64,000 nt of DNA from Felis catus (lineage: Eukaryota), in NCBI RefSeq assembly GCF_018350175.1, contig NC_058368.1, positions 13,516,001-13,580,000 on the forward strand, written 5' to 3'. Positions 50,330-63,694 of the stretch are shown one piece after another. How positions within the stretch are numbered: position 1 is the first letter of the stretch; each line of letters starts with the position of its first letter. The notes beneath the pieces were generated by a model. That model saw only the letters and a program-made list of their open reading frames with translations. It had not been told where the DNA came from and searched no databases. Position numbers and translations under genes: made by a program.

Positions 50330-50540
50330 ATGGTGAAGAAAGCATGAGTTTAATTTACTGTTCTGTCATTTATTCATTGCATGACCTTAGATAAATTCTT
50401 CAGAATGAGGTTCAGTATCTATAACCGTAAAATGGGGATAGATAAATAGCTACATTTTAGGTCTATTATAAGAACTATCAAAGTATGTAATAGAGTCTAG
50501 CATATAGTGAATTTTCAGTAAATGGTATCGATTATTAATA
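50330..50540 (+). mobile_element. MIR
   Basis: tggtgaagaaagcatgagtt...gcatgaccttagataaatt...gtaaaatggggata...tagcatatagtga...cagtaaatggta. Confidence 0.65.
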
Positions 50541-53500
50541 TTCCTCCCTAAATGTTCCCTATATTCGGGATTATGTTTCTATAACAACACTCCCTTACGC
50601 AGTCCTCAAAGCAAATGGGTTACTGTGAAAAGATCATTAAGAAGTTGAGTAGATATGCCAGTGTCTTCAATCCTTCCTACTGCCCCTGACTCAACTGGAC
50701 ACCTACCCAACGAGATTCAGCCCTGCGTTTCCACTTTTCTCTAAGTCATTTCAGATCTAATCTTCCCCACTGTCATTCTGATTACAAGTAGCTTATTTGC
50801 ATCACACGGTAAGTGATTCGAAAGTGCCTAATATTTTAGACCTTATCCTCTAGGAATTCAAATCTGGAAAGGTCAAAGTGATGGGACAGACTATTTTACG
50901 GGGTCAGAAAAGCAGGGCTCATCAAAAACAAGAGGATCGATGCAGGGGAACATAAAAGACAAAAAGCTGAGCGGGAGCCAAGACTCACTAATGAGCGCAG
51001 CCTGCCGCCTTCTTTCCCAACTTCCTGCCTGCTAACAAGGCTGGGCTAGTCCAGGTCCTTGATCTGTCTGATGTAGAATCTGGACAATGGGTGAGAGGAC
51101 CAAACGGAAGACTGAGAAGAAACCTGTAAGAATAGTCGAGAGGTTTCACTGTGTACATAATGAAGGACTCCTGCCAGGGGAACAGAGTGAAGAAAATCTC
51201 AGGCTGAGCAGTGAAGGAAGTTTGGAGTTTGTGATGAGAAAGGCTGCAGGGTCTTGGACAATTAAAAAGGAGCAGTCAATGTAGAATCGGATCCCCTTGA
51301 AAGTTCTTTAATAGAGGCAGGTAAAAAAAAAATGGATTTCCTTTTTATTTCTATGTTAACACTAACTGACCTCCTCCAACTTGACCTCCTTAAGACACCA
51401 GAAGCCCCTGGGGTTTTTGTAGGGTTATGTGAGAAAACAGAAAATGCATTAATTAGTACTTGGTGTGAGCCAAGCAGTTCAAGAACCTTGTAGGGCTCCG
51501 ACACTCTCCCTCCACCACCGATGCCAGCTACCAGCCAGTGTGGACTCTGGGGAGTTCATCTCTTTCATGGTCAATACTCTGACACTTTCCTCTTAAACAG
51601 CATGAAATCTAGGTTCCTGATTTAATTCTGCAGTTCCAAATTCTTAGTCCCAGCCTCGAGTCCTAACTACAGCCTGTAAATTGCATTCAAGTATGACTCA
51701 GCTGCTTTTCAAAAACTGACCTTTGGCTTTCTTGCTTCTTTGGCTCTCATTCTAGTGCTTTCAATTGCCCTGCTCCAGCTTAGTCTAAAAGCAGCCCCAG
51801 GATTCTTCCTCAGATGGAGGAAGTTTAGACAGTGTGGATGTTTTAATTAATCAAGGAAGGTCTCCTGGAGGGGAAAGAATTTGAACGAGGGCTTCGGAAT
51901 GTTGGAGGGATCTGGACACAACTTTAAAGTAGTTGTGTTGATCTGAGTTTGAATTTACAGGGGTGCAAAAAGTTAAAATGGGTTAATAATAGGGCTTGCA
52001 AAGTCGCCTCAGTGAGGAAAATGAAAGCCACTGAGGAAACATTAAGAAAAATTCACATTCTGGTCTCTTTGGAAGTGTTTTGTTTTTTTTTTTTTTTTCC
52101 TTGAGTGACATGTAGTCCACCCCTCTCTGGGAACTTTGCTCCTTGGCCAAGAGGCAGTAGGTGAACCCCATTTTTCTCTACCATCAAACCTGCAAGTGAT
52201 TAATTAAAACTAAGAACTGGCTGGTCTTCGGGTCTGGTACAAGAGATAGCAGGCGGGAGAAAAAGCAGCAGCTGTCTCCATTTTTCTACAGAACTCTTGC
52301 TGGAAAAAATTTTCCCCTTTCTTTTTATTAAAATTTTTGCCAAAAGGCTGCTGCTCTGTCTGCCCATCTTTTAGCCAGGCATTTTGAGTGGGAGTGATTG
52401 AAGTGGGCAATTAGATTCTCTTCTGAGTTCCTCTTCATTTTCCTTTGGAGATATTTATCTCTTCCTGGTACCAAAAAAAAAAAAAAAGGATTTTTGAACA
52501 AGGAGAAATAAACTCATTTCATTTGATCCTATTTGGATTCAGGAGATATCACGGAGATATGTGTTTCCTGATATAGTGATGATTTTTGAGAAGAAAACAC
52601 AGGAACATTTTGATTAGGGAGCATGAGAGAAATTTATGAATATTTTCTTAGTCTCCTGTCCACTATACGGGGCTTCTAGTTGTGTCCCACGTACTTTCCC
52701 AGTGAAAGAGAAAAATGGTCAAAACTACATGTTTCCAAATATCCTAATTATCGGCTTTCTACATTGAATTCTCAGCGAATGTAAATACCACATCAACGTA
52801 TTCATCCATTCATCCCTAACTTTGTCAATAATTATGCCAAAATGTAAATTACATCTCTACCGCCACCACAGGTGCAGAAGTGCCTACTCAATGTTCTTCC
52901 CTCCAACTCCAAATCTGATACACCAAGAACTCACTACTCTGAATTGCTAGAACATTTAATGAGAATGGTATACTCTTGAATGGATACTGCCAAATGCTGC
53001 CTAGGTTTACTAAAGGAAGAATTGGAACTTGGTCATAGCAACACCCAAAGCACCCTGACATCTCAAAACAGACTTCACAGACTTCAGAAGCTTCCCTGTC
53101 GAGACCAAAACATATTTCGTGAGTTGACTCTGGCTTTGTTGCCCTTCACTTCCCAAATGATCTTGGTGCATGATTTTAATTTACTAAATTAAAATCCAGT
53201 AAACAGGTATTTCCATCTTAAGTTACCAGGGCCATTTTAAAGAAATCGTAGAAGAGATGCATTGCTGTTTTATCAGTTGGCGTTCCCTTTGTACAGTTCG
53301 CTGGTCATCCCATCCTCCAGTGTTGAATCGTGTGAAGAAGTGGGTGATCCTGCTAAGTCTTTAAATCATCCTTTCAGTACCTGATGCTCCCTGTAGGCTC
53401 ACACTGGAAATATCTGTATCCTGTGCCCAGTACCCTCTCCATGGCCCATTGGAGGCACATGATCGATCGAAGGTCATCACTGCAGCCTCTATAGAGAGGG

Positions 53501-54092
53501 AGGGTAGCGCTCAGTCATGTGGAAATGTCCTGAAGGCTCTCTCAGGCTGAAAGTCCTGCTCATGAAGTGCTAAACTTTCTTTCTTTCTGGGAAGTCATCA
53601 TTTTACAGGTGAAATTACACACAGACTATTGCTGGAGTGAATTTCTAATCTCAGCCTGACCCTTCTCTTACCACTCCACCTTGAGCTGCCCCATCTTCTA
53701 ACATCAGCCACCCTGTGCTTAAGGAATGTAAACCAATTTAAAAATAAGTACCAGCCAATCAATTGCTAGGGTAAATCTGTTGTCACAATTATTTTGAAAC
53801 AAATAGCACCCAACATAAGGCTTTGCCTGGAAGACTTTTGATAAACGTGGATTGAATCAGCAAACATTCTAAAATAAATGAATATTGATGATTTTTGCAT
53901 CTATCTAGGGTTTGGGTTATCTGTCATAGTAGATTATTTTCACCATTTCTCCCTTCTATTGGTTAGGTAATTGAAAATGTACTATAATCTGAGTTGCCCT
54001 AAGAACACACAAAATGGTAATCAGAATGTCAGGAAGGAGAATAGATTATCTGCTTTGCAAAATCTGTGTTTTATCTTACAGGGCTCTCTGGG

Positions 54093-54300
54093 TTGTTGTT
54101 GTTGTTGTTATTGTTAAATTTTTTAGTGTTTATTTATTTTTGAGAGAGAACGGAGCACAAGCAGGGGAGGGGCAGAGAGAGAGGGAGACACGGAATCCAA
54201 AGCAGGCTCCAGGCTCTCAGCTGTCGGCACAGACCCCAACGCAGGGTGCGAACCCATGAACTGTGAGATCGTGACCTGAGCCAAAGTGGGATGCTTAACT
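54093..54300 (-). mobile_element. Can-SINE, 5'-truncated, with a (TTG)n tail
   Basis: Body in reverse ends at atgcttaact and lacks the GGGGCGCC head. Tail converted to (GTT)n. Confidence 0.93.
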
Positions 54301-55470
54301 TACTGTAGGACTCTCTGTTCACATGCAAGGTTGGGTAACCCTAGAGGGCAATCAACTGTGATATTAAGGATTTCTTGTAACTTTTAGTGGTACTACTAAA
54401 AAAAAAAAAAAAGGTAGGAAGGAAATAACATTTATTTAGTAACTGCAACGTACCTTTGCTTTCACATATGTTAGTTCACTTAATACTCAACCCAATTTTG
54501 GAAAGTATGTAATGTTATTTCCACTTTAAAAACAAATGAACTGAGACTCAGAGAAGCCATTGAGCATCAATTTGCTCATTCAAGCCTCAAAACAACTCTG
54601 TGAACTAAGTAGTACACCTGACCCCATTTTACAGATTCAGAAAACTGATGTTACAGTATTAGTGGCTTACCCAAAACCACAAGGCATGTAACTGAGATGG
54701 TATGAATAGAAATTAACGGTTGGAAAAATAGGTCAAAGAAAAATATAAGAAACGAAGATCCTTTGGCCATGAAATCTGCGGGGCCATGTGTGGTTTTGCT
54801 CACTATTTTATCCCAGGGCCTGACTCTTAGTAGTAGATGCTCAGTAAAAATTTGTTGAGTGGAAGAGTAAATGCACACATAGTTATGGTTTCAGTCTGTG
54901 ATACAGAGGATTGTAGCCAATTGTCCTTCATCGTCGCTAAGAACAGCCTGTGAGGTTTAGATAAGATGAAAAACTTCCTGATACTGAAATGTATTTCTGG
55001 AGGATATTAAAATTTATATTCTGAAAGTATGTAAAACTAAGATTTCTCCTGATCAAAATTCAATGAATTTGATATGCTCCCACCTACAGAATAAGGGATT
55101 GATTAAGTTCATCCCTCATCCTTTTGAGATAATCATTTGTTCTTCACTGTGAAAGACCCTATCCTAGCACATAAAGGAAGGGCAAGCATTCCTGAACAAA
55201 AGCAGTTTCTGAGAAGAAATTCTTGCCAAACATATTTCATTCAGAGTGAGCCACAAAGAGGGTGCATGTGTTCCCTAATTGCAGGTCTGTTGATTAAGAA
55301 GGTTACAGCAAATCATTTTGGGGTTATTCAAAACTATAAATTTCACAATTCCTTTAGTTGTATTTATAAAGCTGCATGAGCTAAAAACATCCGTGGCCTC
55401 CATCTAATTTTAATGAGAGATTTCCACAGACTTTGTGATCCTCAAACAATAACATGGTCATTTACTAACA

Positions 55471-55826
55471 CAGGTGACCCTTGAACAACATGGTTTGAAC
55501 TGCACGGGTCCACTTACACATGGCTTTTTATTGATTGATTGATTGATTGATTGATAAATTCTGGTACAGCACTATAAATGTATTTTCTTTTCCTTATGAT
55601 TTTCTTAATAACATTTTCTTTCCTCTAGCTTCCTTTATTATAAGAATACAGTATTTAACACATGCAACATACAAAATATATGTTAATTGACCATTTCTGT
55701 TATTGTTAAGGCAGTCAACAGTAGGCTCTTAGTAGTTAAGTTTTGGGGAACTCAAAAGTGATACGTGGGTTTTCAACTATGCAGGAGGTCAGCATATTAA
55801 CCCCTGCATTGTTCAAGGATCAAGCA
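55471..55826 (+). mobile_element. Tigger2a-like DNA transposon with an internal (ATTG)n
   Basis: CAGGTGACCCTTGAACAACATGGTTTGAACTGCACGGGTCCACTTA...ATTGTTCAAGGATCAA, colinear with the copy at 9197. Confidence 0.9.
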
Positions 55827-56339
55827 TGCTGATCTGGAAAAGGTAATGCTTTAAAGGAAATATGAATATTAAGGTGCTGTTATCAAAGCTAGCATCTTCC
55901 AAAAGTGAATGTGGTTCAAGCATCTTTCATTCCCTTTGTCTGTGGTGCAACCTGGATCACATCTTTCCTGATAGTGATACATTCCTAGGTCTGGCATGGC
56001 ATCTCCAGGGGGTAGAGCTTCAGCAAAATTTGCCAAATGCATGCATGCATGAATGAATGAATGAGTGAATTCCAAGATGACCAAATACATTATATTTTTT
56101 CTGATTTTTTTAAGGTAAGAAATATGAGTCCAGGACAAATTAAAACTTTGCCTATAGCCACAAGCAAGACAGTAGCAGAATACTAAGTATGAAAAGGAAT
56201 GAAATCTGTAGAATCAGCCCCATCGTACTAGCTTTTAAATCTGCCTTTCTGTGGGAAGCTTCTCAATCAGCCAAGGCTGAGTTGGGAAAGAGCAGTTGAG
56301 GTGTTTCATTGACTTTTACTATTGAATATGGATTTCACA

Positions 56340-56728
56340 GGCAAAAGAAAAGCCAAGAAGCCTATCTGGGGACAGTCAAGAGACTAGAAAAGGCAAGAGG
56401 TGTTCAGGAAGAAGATGGTGTTTGCAGAGCCAAGGAGCTGTGCTGCTTGGAGAACATTGGAATGACAGGGACCTACCCAGTGGAACCTGGAGTCATGCAG
56501 GAAACTCAGCAGCTACTGGAGTGAATGCTCGTCCAAACAAAGAAATGGAAAGAGAGACAGTGATTTATTCCCTCAACTTGCCCTTCAGTTCTCCACCGTG
56601 CCTCTGCAGTGGCCTCCTTGGGAGCCAGGAGACAAGACAGCTTTGGAAATATCGCTCCCTGACACACAGTAGAGGGCAGAGAAGGGCAGAGGATGCATCG
56701 GAGGGAAAACAGGCGAACAACTCCTACA
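56340..56728 (-). mobile_element. Old ERVL LTR (LTR33/LTR41-like)
   Basis: Ends agggcagagaagggcagaggatgcatcggagggaaaacaggcgaacaac, resembling the reverse complement of the LTR33/41 start. Confidence 0.45.
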
Positions 56729-58619
56729 CCTTCTCTGATGCCTTCTGATGGAGTTAGTGTCTTCCTCCTATGCACCCTTACAGCACATTAGGCAGAGAAT
56801 TATTAGGACACTCACGCTATCACATAGTCACACTTTGTTTACATATCTGCCTCAACTTCTTTCTTTTCGTTCCTCCAGCACTATTCTGGGATATTGCAAT
56901 TTTTGAGTAAAATATTTTTGAGTGAATGAATAAATAAATGATTGATTTCATTCAATTTCAGCAAATGTTAATTGAGCCCTTCCATTAGGCCACGAAGTTC
57001 CAATTGATTCCACCTAGGTCACCTCATTCATAGAATGTTCTGAAGGCATTCTGGCCTCCCACCCTCTCCTATCCCAAACAGTCAATTCTCACCAATCACA
57101 CTATTGGTTGGCAGTGTGTGTGATGATGCATCAGCACAGACACCTTATTTCCATGGTTATGAATATTAAAATCCAACCTATATTAAGCCTGACATTACAC
57201 ATTACACTTGGGACTGTGTGGTTACAAGGATGAAAACTCATGGCCTTTCCACAAAGAGAGTTTACTCTGGTAGTGGCACAGAGGGACTATCGAGAGATCA
57301 TTTTCATGCCTTTGCTAAGTTAGAGTTATGCAAGGATTCTATGGAGTCAGAGTTGGCATTTCACCCAGGCTGGAAATTCAGGGAACTTCTGAAATCTTGA
57401 AAGGTAAGATTGAATCAGGTGAAAATAGAAAGGGAACAGTGAGAGCACAAGCAGAGTTGTAAAATTGACTTCAGCATGTTGTCCTGTATGGCTAGAGATG
57501 AAGTGTGGGTGTGGAGGCTGGGACAAGTCACAAAAATATTGTAAACATTTAGTTTGCAGGCAATGGGGAGACACTCAAGAGATGCTCGTGTCGCATGGCT
57601 CGTTCTGGCTGCACTGTGGGAGAGAGATTTAAATCAGATTGGATGCAGTAAAGGGTCATACAAATCCTACAGAAATGGGCAGACAAGTACCCAGAGCCCA
57701 TCTGCAAGAATGCATTCATAACAGCATTGCTTCTCCTAATGAAAACCTGAAGATTAACTAAATGTCCACTTTTTAAAGTTTTTGTTAAAAACTTATTTCA
57801 AACTTTTATAATATTACGTCAAAAAGTGATTTTGTATCTGTGTTTGTGTGTGCGTGTTCTCTATACTATTTTTGTAACAGATTTCACAATTCAGCAAGGA
57901 TGGATTCAAGGTCTACAAGCCCTAGGTGCTGGATATGAAAGTCAAATCTTAGGGCTGTGAGGGAGACAGACAACCCTGTGTGGGGCACCTCACCCAGTTT
58001 GGGCCAACTCATTATACGAGACTGCTAGCATCCTATGGTTCTCTCTGGTTGCAGAACTGCAACTCTTTTTTCCCCTGAGATTTATAGCATGTGCTTTCTT
58101 AAAGTGTGGGGATGTGTCTGGTTATACCTGCCATTCTTTCTCTCACTGTAATCATGTTGTGATGATGTGGTCACTCTCTCCCAAGTTCTCACAAATTCCC
58201 CACAGAATCAGAAGTAAATTCTTATTTCCAGATATTATGAGTTTAATCCACACTCATGGTCACACTATGTTTTCTATGGACCGAGAGAGAGACATTTTTC
58301 AGCCAAAATAAAATTAAGTGCTTATTATATGCTCTGGAAATGGTGACTATCTTAGCAATTTTGTATCTGTGGTGGCATGCATGGCATCTGGCCCATAGTA
58401 CATGGTCAGTTCATGGTTAGCGAATTTGAAAATCAAGTTCTATTTCACAAATTCAATTTCTTAACTGAATAGGCAGACCTCCCCATTTCCAACCGTCTTA
58501 TTTCTCACCTTTGTGCTAAATTTTGTATTTTTAAACAATTTTTAAATCTATTCTTACTATCTCCCACCAGGATAGACATGCTGTGCCATATGCCAAAATG
58601 ATTCCAATGTTCTATGAGC

Positions 58620-59067
58620 TATTATGAGTTGACGTGTGCCTCTCAGAAAGAATATTGAAGTCCTAACCCCCAGGATCTGTGATTGTGGCCTTATTAGGAA
58701 CAAGGTCTTTGTAGATTATCAAGTTAGGATGAAGTTATTAGAGTGGGTCTTAAGCCAATAGACTGATAATATTACAAAAGGGAGAAATTTGGACACAGAC
58801 GTGCTCACAGGAAGACCGCCATGTGAAGAAGACATCAGTGATGCTTCTATAAGCCAAGAGACACCAGAGATCATCTGCAAACTGCTGGAAGCAAGGAGAG
58901 AGGCAAGGAACAGATCCCCCCTCACCGACCTCAGTAAGAATCAACTCCATCCATCCCTTGATCTTGAACTTCCAGCCTCCAGAGACAATGGTGAGATAAT
59001 AAATGTCTGTTGTTTAAGTCACGTAGCGTGTGGTACACTGTTATGGTAGCTCCAGGAAAGGACTACG
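58620..59067 (+). mobile_element. MaLR LTR, MLT1B/C-like
   Basis: ttatgagttgacgtgtgcctctc...tattgaagtcctaacccccag...ggtctttgtagatt...cttccagcctccaga...tgtggtacactgttatggtagc. Confidence 0.88.
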
Positions 59068-60138
59068 TAGCCCTTTGGGACTACCAATTATAGTTCTTAT
59101 CTATACTTCTCACTTTAGTTAAATACTTATGTATCCATATCCATTTGTGATTGTGAAGTTTTTGATATCAAATATTATGTCTTAGTCATCCTCGTATCTT
59201 GATAGCCCCAGCACATGCTCATTACTGATTGGAATTAATCGTGTTCTTAATTTACCCCCCTAGACTCCCGTCCCTCTCAACTGTTTTTCCTTGGAACAGT
59301 GTGTGGTCTTCTATTATTTTGGTTCACTGAATCATAGTGATAGCTATGAGATAATTTCTGCTTCCTTGTGTTAACATTTCAAGCTCATTTTGCTTGAATT
59401 CCTTATTGTTCTGCACTTACATGTAACAAGTTCAGCCACAAGTTATTGCTCTTGCCCAGTTTCCCTGCTGTTTTTTCATGAGCATAACTGGACACCTCTT
59501 GCACTTCCGTTTGTTGTTTTTGTTATGTTTTAGTTTTTGCTCTCACCTATTCTCATTTATAGAATTGTGATTTATAGTTTCATTTGCTTAACAATTTCTT
59601 TTTTCTACTTCTTAAATTAAAGCATCTTAATTTTAAGTCCCTGATATATGCAAAGCACTGTACTAGATGCTGAAGATGCAGGGATGAATGAGATATGGTC
59701 CTTGCTCTCAGGAGATCAGTCAGCTACTTTCCTCAACAATATTTTCTTCCTAGTTCTCATGGAATGTGATCTGCTACTTACCATTTTCTTATCATAAACC
59801 ACACACCAGAGGATCAAATTCTTTTATTTTCTTACTTATATCCTGCTGTCCAATTATGTCCTATATCTTTTTATCTCTTTTTCAAAGTCATGACTTTGGA
59901 AGAAGAAATAATATATTATACCAATAAGCCCATTAACTTCCTATTCAAATCTTCCAAATCACTAGGAATACATCTTAAGTTCATTTTTGCAGAAACATCC
60001 ATTTCCAGCTAAGTATACAAAAAGCAAATGCATTGGGTAGTTGAAAATAGGGGACACATTGGGTTTTGTCAGACAGCTTTTCACTCTCATCTTATTACCT
60101 ACATATTTCTTGGTGAGGAGTCATCAAACATCATCATC

Positions 60139-60142
<4 letters not shown>

Positions 60143-60190
<48 letters not shown>

Positions 60191-60201
60191 TGTGTGTGTG
60201 T
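60143..60201. repeat. (TG)n microsatellite
   Basis: Long TG run with one AG interruption. Confidence 0.97.
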
Positions 60202-63200
60202 TTGGGTGGCAGAGGGAGTGAATGTGGGTCACTTCCTCCTGAGGTTCTAGCAGGATTCTACTCACTGGCTAATACTTAGAAATTCTTCTTAATATTCCCA
60301 GAAAAAGAGAACATTGTTTCCTCTTCAAGCAGAGTTTTAAGTCATGCAATAAAGGTGATCATTTTTTTTCTTGTCTTTTTCCCCCAACGTCACATTCATT
60401 CACTCCTATACCTCTCAACACTGGTATTGATTTTCCTGGTACTCCCTTGTACTTCTTTAGAATATATTTTTATTTTTAGCATGCCTCCTGAATTATTTTC
60501 TTTTCATCTTCTCTAGGGATATTTCATTCTCCTTAATATGCTGGAGCACAGAGGTACATTCCTGGCATCCTTTAACCTTCTTCTAAAAGAAAGATTAGTA
60601 TGCATTTAGAGCACACATAACTGATGACTATCTCAGCAGAGAAGACAAACATAGCACATATTCTACAGGTTACTAGAACAGGACTCTTAGTTCCCGCCGT
60701 AACCATAACCAGAGGAGGCCAACTTTCAAGGCTACCACATAAAGAGATCTCAGAATGCCCATGTTGAAACAGAAATACATCTGCTCAGCACAATACACAT
60801 GGAAGGGAACTTCCAAGTAGATGTTGTCATAGTCTATCATGTAGGAAGACCCTAACTGAGAAAGATATTTTAAAACAATAGCATTTCAAAGTCAAAATTT
60901 AATTGGTAGATGGAGTTATAATCCCCAAAATTTACCTGCAGAGGTATAACTTTTTTTACCCTTACAATATTCTTTTCTTGGAGAAAGGAGACATTCACTA
61001 CCTATTTATAATGCCTTTCGCATGAAAGATAAGGCCCAGATTTCTTTCCTTGTGTTTCAAAAACTTCTCTCTCAGTGCCCTAGATTACTTAACTTCTTTT
61101 GGGCACAAATACATTCTAGCCCTCCTTCAACACTCCGCTGGCCACCCATTTCCCACCTCCCCACCTTTCCAAACTCAGCCATTGCCTGAGTGTGTCTCCC
61201 CAAACTAACTCCTTGAACTGAAAGCTTCTGAGGCTAGTACACGATGCTTTTTCCCACTGGTCTGCGTGCACAAAGCAAGGCACTTTCTGCTCTAATTAGT
61301 CAGGCTTGGACTCAAACTCTGAGTTTCTTCTATTCTTCACTCTTCATTGCCTTTAACATTGCAAAGCCCATTATAGTAGACCTATTCCCAATGGTTTTTC
61401 TTGTTTATTTGTGTCCTCTTATGGGAAAGTACACATTATATTGTAAGTTCTTAGAAAATGAGGATAATAACACCTTGAAAATCTTCTCCACATGACCCAC
61501 ACAAAATAAATTGTTGGAAGTAATGATGCCTCCTGTGTGTAGGAATGAGAGGGTCCTTCTCAAATAGACAACTATATTTTGAAGACCTTTTAAAAAAACT
61601 GCATTGTACTATCTCAACTATATAGTTTTCAATTATTCTACACAATTGTGCATAGGAGCCTTTTAAGCTAAATCTGATCAATCTACAACTTGTCTATTAT
61701 TTATTTGACTTTCACAGGGTCCCTAACCTATCTATGGAAAATAAGGTAAATAAATAAATGCATATATCATATGATTAGTCAAGAAGATTATGTTAAGAGA
61801 CTTGATCTTCAGCTCCAAACCCACTGGGAATCTCCCCCACGTGGCCCCCAAATATCTGAAATTAAATATGGTCATAAAGTCTTCATGTCTTGTCAGTGTG
61901 GTTTCCCTGGCCTGCCATATATTCCCCTCTCTTTGTTCAGGTCCACTAGGGAGATCTTATTTACTCTTCAGGATACTGTTGAGACAGGATCTCCTTTATG
62001 AATTGTTTTCTGACATTTCCTAGCCCTCCTAAACACTTGGGAACTGGTCTATCATTGGTACTCTGTAGTTCTTTTTATGAATGCCTCAGTTGGTTCGCTT
62101 TTCTGTCCCAATTTGTCTATGTTCTTTTTGAACACAGAGACTATTTCTATTCAGCCCATCTACTCACTTATTCAGTTAACAATTTCTTTAGTACATTACC
62201 ATGTTCAGACACTGTCCCATGGGAGGGATTAAGCAGGGAGCAAGAAAGCCATGGGCTCTCCGTAAAAGACCTTGTGGTCTAGAGGGCAGGGCAAGTAATA
62301 GGCAAGAAATAATATCAAAGTGTATGATATCCTCGAAACCTGGCAATATAAGCTCTCAAAAAATGCTGATAAAATAAGTTATTTTTTTCCGGAATCAATA
62401 AGCACTCAGAAACATGGGACAGAAGGTACTGCATAAAGTCGATAGTCACATAAAGAAAATATTTTATCACAGGACCTGGTTGGTATGAAGTTATAAGAAA
62501 GTGGTGATGGATTCTTGGCACATATCCTACTTGGCATCAGGCAGAGAAAGGTAGATAATCAATTGTCAAATGCTTCATTCTTATTTTTCTTGTTGTTGTT
62601 GCCCAACCAACGGTATTTTCCACCAAAATTTAGGAATGTGAACATGCCACACTGGCTGCAGCTAGAGACAGAACTCCAGCCAGAGAAAAAGAAAGACTCC
62701 AAGCCAATACAAAAACACTTTAATTAGTCGTTTCATTTCAAGATGTTGAATCAGCTCCAACCTGAGGAAACCAAGGCCTTCAGAGTCAGAACAGCTTAAA
62801 GAAGAAGAAAAAGATGTTTCATTTATTTAGAACTTTGATCTGAATCCAATTTGGAAAGAAAAACCTAAAACCTTTTATAATAATAAATCTGGAGATAATA
62901 GAATGCTGTTTTCGTTTATGTAAGAAGACATAGGCTTTGCATGAAATCTATTTTAAGATCTTTAAAATTTTATAATCAGAGTAGGTGATTAAATAGTTAT
63001 ATTAAATGGTTTAGCTAATATTCAGCATTACTTCCCTTGAAATATTCTGTTTAAAGTAAGCTGTTTGCATGCTTTTTATTAAAAGCATGATTTTAAAAAT
63101 CTTGGGGCTGAATAATTTTCTACTGGCAGATAGTTCTGAAATAGAGAATATATCTGAAAGAATTTGGAATTGGTTTTTAATTTTTTTTAATAGCAAAAAA

Positions 63201-63483
63201 ATATGATCAAGGGGAACTTTTAATTCTTAGATTGCAAGAATGAATTGATACTAATCTAAACAGAGACTTAGAAGGAAGGTGTTCAAACATGATCTCCTTC
63301 TGCCTGCAAAGCCTCAGTCTTACCTTGAAAACTACAAGATGGTAAATATTGATCTTTATTATGCTTGAACTGGGAGAAGAAAAGAAGAATAAAGGAAGAA
63401 AGGAGAAGAGACCTGCTCACAGAGGATGTTTCAGGTTAATAAAAAAAAAAACCTGAAAGCAATTTATAAGACATTTAGACCCA

Positions 63484-63694
63484 GGGCGCCAGGGTAGCTC
63501 AGTCAGTTAAGTGTCCAGCTCTTGATTTTGGCTCAGGTCATGATTTCATGGTTTGTGAGTTTGAGCCCCACATCAGGTGCATGGGGCTCTGTGCTGTCAG
63601 CGCAGAGCTTGTAGGGATTCTCTCTACCTCTCACTCTGCCCCTTCCCCACTCATGCTCTCTTCTCAAAATAAATAAATAAGCTTAAAAAAATAA
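63484..63694 (+). mobile_element. Can-SINE
   Basis: gggcgccagggtagctcagtcagttaag head, ttttggctcaggtcatgat, AATAAA tail. About 10 extra nt (aggtgcatgg) after gagccccacatc. Confidence 0.95.

Noticed and set aside
42628-54300. Six consecutive minus-strand SINEs, suggesting orientation bias from a host gene
   Set aside because: The overall split is 9 plus to 10 minus. A run of six among 19 is not convincingly non-random.
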